A stretch of DNA of 64,000 nucleotides from Nemertoderma westbladi (taxonomy: Eukaryota > Animalia > Xenacoelomorpha): the NCBI GenBank assembly GCA_032718475.1, contig JAUCBJ010004402.1, positions 1-64,000 of the forward strand. The letters are read 5' to 3'. The notes beneath the pieces are model-generated. The model saw only the letters and a list, made by a program, of their open reading frames with translations, ran no database searches and was not told the DNA's origin. This document shows positions 50,401-64,000 of this stretch, in pieces. Every line of letters starts with the position of its first letter. Position 1 is the stretch's first letter. Made by a program: the position numbers and the translations under genes.

Positions 50401-53400
50401 TGTAACAACGGAACAACCTCAGTTAATAATGGAATAACGGAACAACCTCGGTTAATAATATAACAACGGAACAACCTCGGTTAATAATATAACAACGGAA
50501 CAACCTCAGTTAATAATGGAATAACGGAACAACCTCGGTTAATAATATAACAACGGAACAACCTTGGTTAATAATGTAACAACGGAACAACCTCAGTTAA
50601 TAATATAACAACGGAACAACCATCGGTTAATAATGTAACAACGGATTAACCTCGGTTAATAATGTAACAACGAAACAACCTCGGTTAATAATGGAACAAC
50701 ACACGGTTAATGATGTAACAACGGAACAACCCTCAGTTAATAATGGAACAACACACGGTTAATAATGTAACAACGGAACGACCTCGGTTAATAATGTAAC
50801 AACAGAACAACCTCGGTTAATATTGTAACAACGGAACAACCTCGGTTAATAATGTAACAACGGAACAACCTCGGTTTATAATGGAACAACATCGATTAAT
50901 AATGGAACAACCCTCGGTTAATAATGTAACAATGGAACAACCCCGGTTTATAATGTAACAACGGAACAACCTCGGTTAATAATGTAACAACGGAACAACC
51001 TCGGTTAATAATGTAACAACGGAACAACCTCGTTTTATAATGGAACAACATCGATTAATAATGGAACAACCCTCGGTTAATCATGTAACAATGGAACAAC
51101 CCCGGTTTATAATGTAACAACGGAACAACCTCGGTTAATAATGTAACAATGGAACAACGGAACAACCTCGGTTAATAATGTAACAACGGAACAACCCTCG
51201 GTTAATAATGTAACAAAGGAACAACCTCGGTTAATAATATAACAACGGAACAACCCTCGGTTAATAATGTAACAACGGAACAACCCTCGGTTAATAATGT
51301 AACAACGGAACAACCCTCGGTTAATAATGTAACAACGGAACAACCACGGTTAATAATGTAACAACGGAACGACCTCGGTTAATCATGTAACAACGGAACA
51401 ACCCTCGGTTAATAATGTAAAAACGGAACAACCTCGGTTAATAATGGAACAACGGAACAACCACGGTTTATAATGTAACAACGGTACAACCACGGTTAAT
51501 ATTGTAACACCGGAACGACCTCGGTTAATATTGTAACAACGGAACAACCTCAGTTAATAATATAACAACGGAACAACCCTCGGTTAATAATGTAACAATG
51601 GAACAACTTTCGGTTAATAATATAACAACGGAACAACCCTCGGTTAATAATGTAACAACGGAACAACCCTCGGTTAATAATGTAACAACGGAACAACCCT
51701 CGGTTAATAATATAACAACGGAACAACCCTCGGTTAAGAATGTAACAACGGAACAACCTCAGTTAATAATGTAACAACGGAACAACTCTCGGTTAATAAT
51801 ATAACAACAGAACAACCACGGTTAATAATGTAACAACGGAACAACCCTCGGTTAATAATGTAACAACGGAACAACCCTCGGTTAATAATGTAACAACGGA
51901 ACAACCTCGGTTAATAATATAACAACGGAACAACCCTCGGTTAATAATGTAACAACGGAACAACCCTCGGTTAATAATGTAACAACGGAACAACCCTTGG
52001 TTAATAATGTAACAACGGAACAACTCTCGGTTAATAATATAACAACAGAACAACCACGGTTAATAATGTAACAACGGAACAACCCTCGGTTAATAATGTA
52101 ACAAAGGAACAACATCGGTTAATAATATAACAACGGAACAACCCTCGGTTAATAATGTAACAACGGAACAACCCTCGGTTAATAATGTAACAACGGAACA
52201 ACCCTCGGTTAATAATGTAACAACGGAACAACCACGGTTAATAATGTAACAACGGAACGACCTCGGTTAATAATGTAACAACGGAACAACCCTCGGTTAA
52301 TAATGTAAAAACGGAACAACCTCGGTTAATAATGGAACAACGGAACAACCACGGTTTATAATGTAACAACGGTACAACCACGGTTAATATTGTAACAACG
52401 GAACGACCTCGGTTAATATTGTAACAACGGAACAACCTCAGTTAATAATATAACAACGGAACAACCCTCGGTTAATAATGTAACAATGGAACAACTTTCG
52501 GTTATTAATATAACAACGGAATAACCCTCGGTTAATAATGTAACAACGGAACAACCCTCGGTTAATAATGTAACAACGGAACAACCCTCGGTTAATAATA
52601 TAACAACGGAACAACCCTCGGTTAAGAATGTAACAACGGAACAACCTCAGTTAATAATGTAACAACGGAACAACTCTCGGTTAATAATATAACAACAGAA
52701 CAACCACGGTTAATAATGTAACAACGGAACAACCCTCGGTTAATAATGTAACAACGGAACAACCCTCGGTTAATAATGTAACAACGGAACAACCTCGGTT
52801 AATAATATAACAACGGAACAACCCTCGGTTAATAATGTAACAACGGAACAACCCTCGGTTAATAATGTAACAACGGAACAACCCTCGGTTAATAATGTAA
52901 CAACGGAACAACCCTCGGTTAATAATGTAACAACGGAACAACCCTCGGTTAATAATATAACAACGGAACAACCTCGGTTAATAATGTAACAACGGAACAA
53001 CCCTCGCGGTTAATTATGTAACAACGGAACAACCCTCGGTTAAGAATGTAACAACGGAACAACCTCAGTTAATAATGTAACAACGGAACAACTCTCGGTT
53101 AATAATATAACAACAGAACAACCACGGTTAATAATGTAACAACGGAACAACCCTCGGTTAATAATGTAACAACGGAACAACCCTCGGTTAATAATGTAAC
53201 AACGGAACAACCTCGGTTAATAATATAACAACGGAACAACCCTCGGTTAATAATGTAACAACGGAACAACCCTCGGTTAATAATGTAACAACGGAACAAC
53301 CCTTGGTTAATAATGTAACAACGGAACAACTCTCGGTTAATAATATAACAACAGAACAACCACGGTTAATAATGTAACAACGGAACAACCCTCGGTTAAT

Positions 53401-56400
53401 AATGTAACAACGGAACAACCCTCGGTTAATAATGTAACAAAGGAACAACCTCGGTTATAATATAACAACGGAACAACCCTCGGTTAATAATGTAACAACG
53501 GAACAACCCTCGGTTAATAATGTAACAACGGAACAACCCTCGGTTAATAATGTAACAACGGAACAACCACGTTTAATAATGTAACAACGGAACGACCTCG
53601 GTTAATAATGTAACAACGGAACAACCCTCGGTTAATAATGTAAAAACGGAACAACCTCGGCTAATAATGGAACAACGGAACAACCACGGTTTATAATGTA
53701 ACAACGGTACAACCACGGTTAATATTGTAACAACGGAACGACCTCGGTTAATATTGTAACAACGGAACAACCTCAGTTAATAATATAACAACGGAACAAC
53801 CCTCGGTTAATAATGTAACAATGGAACAACTTTCGGTTAATAATATAACAACGGAACAACCCTCGGTTAATAATGTAACAACGGAACAACCCTCGGTTAA
53901 TAATGTAACAACGGAACAACCCTCGGTTAATAATATAACAACGGAACAACCCTCGGTTAAGAATGTAACAACGGAACAACCTCAGTTAATAATGTAACAA
54001 CGGAACAACTCTCGGTTAATAATATAACAACAGAACAACCACGGTTAATAATGTAACAACGGAACAACCCTCGGTTAATAATGTAACAACGGAACAACCC
54101 TCGGTTAATAATGTAACAACGGAACAACCTCGGTTAATAATATAACAACGGAACAACCCTCGGTTAATAATGTAACAACGGAACAACCCTCGGTTAATAA
54201 TGTAACAACGGAACAACCCTCGGTTAATAATGTAACAACGGAACAACCACGGTTAATAATGTAACAACGGAACGACCTCGGTTAATAATGTAACAACGGA
54301 ACAACCCTCGGTTAATAATGTAAAAACGGAACAACCTCGGTTAATAATGGAACAACGGAACAACCACGGTTTATAATGTAACAACGGTACAACCACGGTT
54401 AATAATGTAACAACGGAACAACCCTCGGTTAATAATGTAACAACGGAACAACCCTCGGTTAATAATGTAACAACGGAACAACCTCGGTTAATAATATAAC
54501 AACGGAACAACCCTCGGTTAATAATGTAACAACGGAACAACCCTCGGTTAATAATGTAACAACGGAACAACCCTTGGTTAATAATGTAACAACGGAACAA
54601 CTCTCGGTTAATAATATAACAACAGAACAACCACGGTTAATAATGTAACCACGGAACAACCCTCGGTTAATAATGTAACAACGGAACAACCCTCGGTTAA
54701 TAATGTAACAAAGGAACAACCTCGGTTATAATATAACAACGGAACAACCCTCGGTTAATAATGTAACAACGGAACAACTCTCGGTTAATAATATAACAAC
54801 AGAACAACCACGGTTAATAATGTAACAACGGAACAACCCTCGGTTAATAATGTAACAAAGGAACAACATCGGTTAATAATATAACAACGGAACAACCCTC
54901 GGTTAATAATGTAACAACGGAACAACCCTCGGTTAATAATGTAACAACGGAACAACCCTCGGTTAATAATGTAACAACGGAACAACCACGGTTAATAATG
55001 TAACAACGGAACGACCTCGGTTAATAATGTAACAACGGAACAACCCTCGGTTAATAATGTAAAAACGGAACAACCTCGGTTAATAATGGAACAACGGAAC
55101 AACCACGGTTTATAATGTAACAACGGTACAACCACGGTTAATATTGTAACAACGGAACGACCTCGGTTAATATTGTAACAACGGAACAACCTCAGTTAAT
55201 AATATAACAACGGAACAACCCTCGGTTAATAATGTAACAATGGAACAACTTTCGGTTATTAATATAACAACGGAATAACCCTCGGTTAATAATGTAACAA
55301 CGGAACAACCCTCGGTTAATAATGTAACAACGGAACAACCCTCGGTTAATAATATAACAACGGAACAACCCTCGGTTAAGAATGTAACAACGGAACAACC
55401 TCAGTTAATAATGTAACAACGGAACAACTCTCGGTTAATAATATAACAACAGAACAACCACGGTTAATAATGTAACAACGGAACAACCCTCGGTTAATAA
55501 TGTAACAACGGAACAACCCTCGGTTAATAATGTAACAACGGAACAACCTCGGTTAATAATATAACAACGGAACAACCCTCGGTTAATAATGTAACAACGG
55601 AACAACCCTCGGTTAATAATGTAACAACGGAACAACCCTCGGTTAATAATGTAACAACGGAACAACCCTCGGTTAATAATGTAACAACGGAACAACCCTC
55701 GGTTAATAATATAACAACGAAACAACCTCGGTTAATAATGTAACAACGGAACAACCCTCGCGGTTAATTATGTAACAACGGAACAACCCTCGGTTAAGAA
55801 TGTAACAACGGAACAACCTCAGTTAATAATGTAACAACGGAACAACTCTCGGTTAATAATATAACAACAGAACAACCACGGTTAATAATGTAACAACGGA
55901 ACAACCCTCGGTTAATAATGTAACAACGGAACAACCCTCGGTTAATAATGTAACAACGGAACAACCTCGGTTAATAATATAACAACGGAACAACCCTCGG
56001 TTAATAATGTAACAACGGAACAACCCTCGGTTAATAATGTAACAACGGAACAACCCTTGGTTAATAATGTAACAACGGAACAACTCTCGGTTAATAATAT
56101 AACAACAGAACAACCACGGTTAATAATGTAACAACGGAACAACCCTCGGTTAATAATGTAACAACGGAACAACCCTCGGTTAATAATGTAACAAAGGAAC
56201 AACCTCGGTTATAATATAACAACGGAACAACCCTCGGTTAATAATGTAACAACGGAACAACCCTCGGTTAATAATGTAACAACGGAACAACCCTCGGTTA
56301 ATAATGTAACAACGGAACAACCACGTTTAATAATGTAACAACGGAACGACCTCGGTTAATAATGTAACAACGGAACAACCCTCGGTTAATAATGTAAAAA

Positions 56401-59400
56401 CGGAACAACCTCGGCTAATAATGGAACAACGGAACAACCACGGTTTATAATGTAACAACGGTACAACCACGGTTAATATTGTAACAACGGAACGACCTCG
56501 GTTAATATTGTAACAACGGAACAACCTCAGTTAATAATATAACAACGGAACAACCCTCGGTTAATAATGTAACAATGGAACAACTTTCGGTTAATAATAT
56601 AACAACGGAACAACCCTCGGTTAATAATGTAACAACGGAACAACCCTCGGTTAATAATGTAACAACGGAACAACCCTCGGTTAATAATATAACAACGGAA
56701 CAACCCTCGGTTAAGAATGTAACAACGGAACAACCTCAGTTAATAATGTAACAACGGAACAACTCTCGGTTAATAATATAACAACAGAACAACCACGGTT
56801 AATAATGTAACAACGGAACAACCCTCGGTTAATAATGTAACAACGGAACAACCCTCGGTTAATAATGTAACAACGGAACAACCTCGGTTAATAATATAAC
56901 AACGGAACAACCCTCGGTTAATAATGTAACAACGGAACAACCCTCGGTTAATAATGTAACAACGGAACAACCCTCGGTTAATAATGTAACAACGGAACAA
57001 CCACGGTTAATAATGTAACAACGGAACGACCTCGGTTAATAATGTAACAACGGAACAACCCTCGGTTAATAATGTAAAAACGGAACAACCTCGGTTAATA
57101 ATGGAACAACGGAACAACCACGGTTTATAATGTAACAACGGTACAACCACGGTTAATAATGTAACAACGGAACAACCCTCGGTTAATAATGTAACAACGG
57201 AACAACCCTCGGTTAATAATGTAACAACGGAACAACCTCGGTTAATAATATAACAACGGAACAACCCTCGGTTAATAATGTAACAACGGAACAACCCTCG
57301 GTTAATAATGTAACAACGGAACAACCCTTGGTTAATAATGTAACAACGGAACAACTCTCGGTTAATAATATAACAACAGAACAACCACGGTTAATAATGT
57401 AACCACGGAACAACCCTCGGTTAATAATGTAACAACGGAACAACCCTCGGTTAATAATGTAACAAAGGAACAACCTCGGTTATAATATAACAACGGAACA
57501 ACCCTCGGTTAATAATGTAACAACGGAACAACCCTCGGTTAATAATGTAACAACGGAACAACCCTCGGTTAATAATGTAACAACGGAACAACCACGGTTA
57601 ATAATGTAACAACGGAACGACCTCGGTTAATAATGTAACAACGGAACAACCCTCGGTTAATAATGTAAAAACGGAACAACCTCGGTTAATAATGGAACAA
57701 CGGAACAACCACGGTTTATAATGTAACAACGGTACAACCACGGTTAATATTGTAACAACGGAACGACCTCGGTTAATATTGTAAAAACGGAACAACCTCA
57801 GTTAATAATATAACAACGGAACAACCCTCGGTTAATAATGTAACAATGGAACAACTTTCGGTTAATAATATAACAACGGAACAACCCTCGGTTAATAATG
57901 TAACAACGGAACAACCCTCGGTTAATAATGTAACAACGGAACAACCCTCGGTTAATAATATAACAACGGAACAACCCTCGGTTAAGAATGTAACAACGGA
58001 ACAACCTCAGTTAATAATGTAACAACGGAACAACTCTCGGTTAATAATATAACAACAGAACAACCACGGTTAATAATGTAACAACGGAACAACCCTCGGT
58101 TAATAATGTAACAACGGAACAACCCTCGGTTAATAATGTAACAACGGAACAACCTCGGTTAATAATATAACAACGGAACAACCCTCGGTTAATAATGTAA
58201 CAACGGAACAACCCTCGGTTAATAATGTAACAACGGAACAACCCTCGGTTAATAATGTAACAACGGAACAACCACGGTTAATAATGTAACAACGGAACGA
58301 CCTCGGTTAATAATGTAACAACGGAACAACCCTCGGTTAATAATGTAAAAACGGAACAACCTCGGTTAATAATGGAACAACGGAACAACCACGGTTTATA
58401 ATGTAACAACGGTACAACCACGGTTAATATTGTAACAACGGAACGACCTCGGTTAATATTGTAACAACGGAACAACCTCAGTTAATAATATAACAACGGA
58501 ACAACCCGCGGTTAATAATGTAACAATGGAACAACCCTTGGTTAATAATATAACAACGGAACAACCCTCGGTTAAGAATGTAACAACGGAACAACCTCAG
58601 TTAATAATGCAACAACGGAACAACTCTCGGTTAATAATATAACAACGGAACAACCCTCGGTTAATAATGCAACAACCCTCGGTTAATAATGTAACAAAGG
58701 AACAACCACGGTTAATAATGTAACAACGGAACAACCCTCGGTTAATAATGTAACAACGGAACAACCTCAGTTAATAATGGAATAACGGAACAACCTCGGT
58801 TAATAATATAACAACGGAACAACCTCGGTTAATAATATAACAACGGAACAACCTCAGTTAATAATGGAATAACGGAACAACCTCGGTTAATAATATAACA
58901 ACGGAACAACCTTGGTTAATAATGTAACAACGGAACAACCTCAGTTAATAATATAACAACGGAACAACCATCGGTTAATAATGTAACAACGGATCAACCT
59001 CGGTTAATAATGTAACAACGAAACAACCTCGGTTAATAATGGAACAACACACGGTTAATGATGTAACAACGGAACAACCCTCAGTTAATAATGGAACAAC
59101 ACACGGTTAATAATGTAACAACGGAACGACCTCGGTTAATAATGTAACAACAGAACAACCTCGGTTAATATTGTAACAACGGAACAACCTCGGTTAATAA
59201 TGTAACAACGGAACAACCTCGGTTTATAATGGAACAACATCGATTAATAATGGAACAACCCTCGGTTAATAATGTAACAATGGAACAACCCCGGTTTATA
59301 ATGTAACAACGGAACAACCTCGGTTAATAATGTAACAACGGAACAACCTCGGTTAATAATGTAACAACGGAACAACCTCGTTTTATAATGGAACAACATC

Positions 59401-62400
59401 GATTAATAATGGAACAACCCTCGGTTAATCATGTAACAATGGAACAACCCCGGTTTATAATGTAACAACGGAACAACCTCGGTTAATAATGTAACAATGG
59501 AACAACGGAACAACCTCGGTTAATAATGTAACAACGGAACAACCCTCGGTTAATAATGTAACAAAGGAACAACCTCGGTTAATAATATAACAACGGAACA
59601 ACCCTCGGTTAATAATGTAACAACGGAACAACCCTCGGTTAATAATGTAACAACGGAACAACCCTCGGTTAATAATGTAACAACGGAACAACCACGGTTA
59701 ATAATGTAACAACGGAACGACCTCGGTTAATAATGTAACAACGGAACAACCCTCGGTTAATAATGTAAAAACGGAACAACCTCGGTTAATAATGGAACAA
59801 CGGAACAACCACGGTTTATAATGTAACAACGGTACAACCACGGTTAATATTGTAACAACGGAACGACCTCGGTTAATATTGTAACAACGGAACAACCTCA
59901 GTTAATAATATAACAACGGAACAACCCTCGGTTAATAATGTAACAATGGAACAACTTTCGGTTAATAATATAACAACGGAACAACCCTCGGTTAATAATG
60001 TAACAACGGAACAACCCTCGGTTAATAATGTAACAACGGAACAACCCTCGGTTAATAATATAACAACGGAACAACCCTCGGTTAAGAATGTAACAACGGA
60101 ACAACCTCAGTTAATAATGTAACAACGGAACAACTCTCGGTTAATAATATAACAACAGAACAACCACGGTTAATAATGTAACAACGGAACAACCCTCGGT
60201 TAATAATGTAACAACGGAACAACCCTCGGTTAATAATGTAACAACGGAACAACCTCGGTTAATAATATAACAACGGAGCAACCCTCGGTTAATAATGTAA
60301 CAACGGAACAACCCTCGGTTAATAATGTAACAACGGAACAACCCTTGGTTAATAATGTAACAACGGAACAACTCTCGGTTAATAATATAACAACAGAACA
60401 ACCACGGTTAATAATGTAACAACGGAACAACCCTCGGTTAATAATGTAACAACGGAACAACCCTCGGTTAATAATGTAACAAAGGAACAACATCGGTTAA
60501 TAATATAACAACGGAACAACCCTCGGTTAATAATGTAACAACGGAACAACCCTCGGTTAATAATGTAACAACGGAACAACCCTCGGTTAATAATGTAACA
60601 ACGGAACAACCACGGTTAATAATGTAACAACGGAACGACCTCGGTTAATAATGTAACAACGGAACAACCCTCGGTTAATAATGTAAAAACGGAACAACCT
60701 CGGTTAATAATGGAACAACGGAACAACCACGGTTTATAATGTAACAACGGTACAACCACGGTTAATATTGTAACAACGGAACGACCTCGGTTAATATTGT
60801 AACAACGGAACAACCTCAGTTAATAATATAACAACGGAACAACCCTCGGTTAATAATGTAACAATGGAACAACTTTCGGTTATTAATATAACAACGGAAC
60901 AACCCTCGGTTAATAATGTAACAACGGAACAACCCTCGGTTAATAATGTAACAACGGAACAACCCTCGGTTAATAATATAACAACGGAACAACCCTCGGT
61001 TAAGAATGTAACAACGGAACAACCTCAGTTAATAATGTAACAACGGAACAACTCTCGGTTAATAATATAACAACAGAACAACCACGGTTAATAATGTAAC
61101 AACGGAACAACCCTCGGTTAATAATGTAACAACGGAACAACCCTCGGTTAATAATGTAACAACGGAACAACCTCGGTTAATAATATAACAACGGAACAAC
61201 CCTCGGTTAATAATGTAACAACGGAACAACCCTCGGTTAATAATGTAACAACGGAACAACCCTCGGTTAATAATGTAACAACGGAACAACCACGGTTAAT
61301 AATGTAACAACGGAACGACCTCGGTTAATAATGTAACAACGGAACAACCCTCGGTTAATAATGTAAAAACGGAACAACCTCGGTTAATAATGGAACAACG
61401 GAACAACCACGGTTTATAATGTAACAACGGTACAACCACGGTTAATATTGTAACAACGGAACGACCTCGGTTAATATTGTAACAACGGAACAACCTCAGT
61501 TAATAATATAACAACGGAACAACCCGCGGTTAATAATGTAACAATGGAACAACTTTCGGTTAATAATATAACAACGGAACAACCCTCGGTTAATAATGTA
61601 ACAACGGAACAACCCTCGGTTAATAATATAACAACGGAACAACCCTCGGTTAAGAATGTAACAACGGAACAACCTCAGTTAATAATGTAACAACGGAACA
61701 ACTCTCGGTTAATAATATAACAACGGAACAACCCTCGGTTAATAATGGAACAACCCTCGGTTAATAATGTAACAAAGGAACAACCACGGTTAATAATGTA
61801 ACAACGGAACAACCCTCGGTTAATAATGTAACAACGGAACAACCTCAGTTAATAATGGAATAACGGAACAACCTCGGTTAATAATATAACAACGGAACAA
61901 CCTCGGTTAATAATATAACAACGGAACAACCTCAGTTAATAATGGAATAACGGAACAACCTCGGTTAATAATATAACAACGGAACAACCTTGGTTAATAA
62001 TGTAACAACGGAACAACCTCAGTTAATAAAATAACAACGGAACAACCATCGGTTAATAATGTAACAACGGATCAACCTCGGTTAATAATGGAACAACACA
62101 CGGTTAATGATGTAACAACGGAACAACCCTCAGTTAATAATGGAACAACACACGGTTAATAATGTAACAACGGAACGACCTCGGTTAATAATGTAACAAC
62201 AGAACAACCTCGGTTAATATTGTAACAACGGAACAACCTCGGTTAATAATGTAACAACGGAACAACCTCGGTTTATAATGGAACAACATCGATTAATAAT
62301 GGAACAACCTTGGTTAATAATGTAACAATGGAACAACCCCGGTTTATAATGTAACAACGGAACAACCTCGGTTAATAATGTAACAACGGAACAACCTCGG

Positions 62401-64000
62401 TTAATAATGTAACAACGGAACAACCTCGTTTTATAATGGAACAACATCGATTAATAATGGAACAACCCTCGGTTAATAATGTAACAATGGAACAACCCCG
62501 GTTTATAATGTAACAACGGAACAACTTCGGTTAATAATGTAACAATGGAACAACGGAACAACCTCGGTTAATAATGTAACAAAGGAACAACCACGGTTAA
62601 TAATGTAACAACGGAACGACCTCGGTTAATAATGTAACAACGGTACAACCACGGTTAATAATGTAACAACGGAACAACCAGGGTTAATAATGTAACAACG
62701 GAACGACCTAGGTTAATATTGTAACAACGGTACAACCACGGTTAATAATGTAACAACGGAACAACCAGGGTTAATAATGTAACAACGGAACGACCTCGGT
62801 TAATATTGTAACAACGGTACAACCACGGTTAATAATGTAACAATGGAACAACCACGGTTAATAATGTAACAACGGAACGACCTCGGTTAATAATGTAACA
62901 ACGGAACAACCATGGTTAATAATATAACAACGGAACAACCCTCGGTTAGTAATGTAACAACGGAACAACCTCGGTTAATAATGTAACAACGGAACGACCT
63001 CGGTTAATAATATAACAACGGAACAACCCTCGGTTAATAATGTAACAACGGAACAACCCTCGGTTAATAATGGAACAACGGAACAACCCTCGGTTAATAA
63101 TATAACAACGGAACAACCCTCGGTTAACAATATAACAACGGAACAACCTCGGTTAATAATGTAACAACGGAACACGCATCGGTTAATAATATAACAACGG
63201 AACAACCACGGTTAATAATGTAACAACGGAACAACCCTCGGTTAACAATATAACAACGGAACAACCTCGGTTAATAATGTAACAACGGAACACGCCTCGG
63301 TTAATAATGTAACAACGGAACAACCCTCGGTTAATAATGTAACAACGGAACAACCTCGGTTAATAATGGAACAACGGAACAACCCTCGGTTAACAATATA
63401 ACAACGGAACAACCACGGTTAATAATGTAACAACGGAACAACCCTTGGTTAATAATATAACAACGGAACAACCCTCGGTTAACAATATAACAACGGAACA
63501 ACCTCGGTTAATAATGTAACAACGGAACAACCTCGGTTAATAATGTAACAACGGAACAACCCTTGGTTAATAATGGAACAACGGAACAACCCTCGGTTAA
63601 CAATATAACAACGGAACAACCACGGTTAATAATGTAACAACGGAACAACCCTTGGTTAATAATATAACAACGGAACAACCCTCGGTTAATAATGTAACAA
63701 CGGAACAACCCTTGGTTAATAATATAACAACGGAACAACCCTCGGTTAATAATGTAACAACGGAACAACCTCGGTTAATAATGTAACAACGGAACAACCT
63801 CTGTTAATAATGTAACAACGGAACAACCTCGGTTAATAATGTAACAACGGAACAACCCTCGGTTAATAATGTAACAACGGAACAACCTCGGTTAATAATG
63901 TAACAACGGAACAACCCTCGGTTAATAATGTAACAACGGAACAACCCTCGGTTAATAATGTAACAACGGAACAACCCTCGGTTAATAATGTAACAACGGA
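38494..64000. repeat. 29/30-bp satellite (GGTTAATAATGTAACAACGGAACAACC[C]TC)n, ~850 monomers, with higher-order repeats; continues past the window end
   Basis: Continuous array from 38811, with seed monomers at 38494-38556. Includes 20-21-bp and 39-bp length variants and recurring variant blocks. Confidence 0.98.
38557..38810. mobile_element. TG...CA-bounded dispersed repeat (solo-LTR-like), shorter copy 2, inside the first satellite monomers
   Basis: Homologous ends to 37658-38085 with a different middle. Satellite monomers lie on both sides. Confidence 0.55.

Noticed and set aside
39018-63797. Dozens of short CYIINRGLFR / VVTLLTEGCS ORFs
   Set aside because: They are translations of the 29/30-bp satellite with constant frameshifts. 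They were used only as markers of higher-order periodicity.
38811-64000. CRISPR array or telomeric repeat
   Set aside because: There are no unique spacers and no cas genes, and the context is eukaryotic. The unit is not a canonical telomere repeat, and the G/T-rich strand points inward rather than toward the window end.

Overview
This is AT-rich eukaryotic DNA, most likely from an invertebrate animal, and it is dominated by repeats. The only recognisable host gene is an intronless p24-delta/TMED10 ORF (4598-5224, -). The left half holds two young 5'-truncated RTE-type LINE copies with distinct target-site duplications (TSDs), an older RTE fragment, several MITE/foldback elements, a decayed Gypsy-type integrase and a 17-bp minisatellite. 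It also holds a recently inserted 12.4-kb Bel/Pao LTR retrotransposon (12813-25219, -, TSD GGTAG). That element keeps gag and protease but has lost RT and integrase, carries an extra zinc-knuckle ORF in the env position, and has no tRNA-type primer-binding site (PBS). The 11 nt at its PBS position are exactly complementary to an 11-mer inside its own LTR, making it a candidate for Tf1-like self-priming. The right half is a 12-bp satellite interrupted by a LINE RT fragment, then a >25-kb 29/30-bp satellite with nested higher-order repeats running off the window. All identities and counts were judged by eye; no database searches were run.
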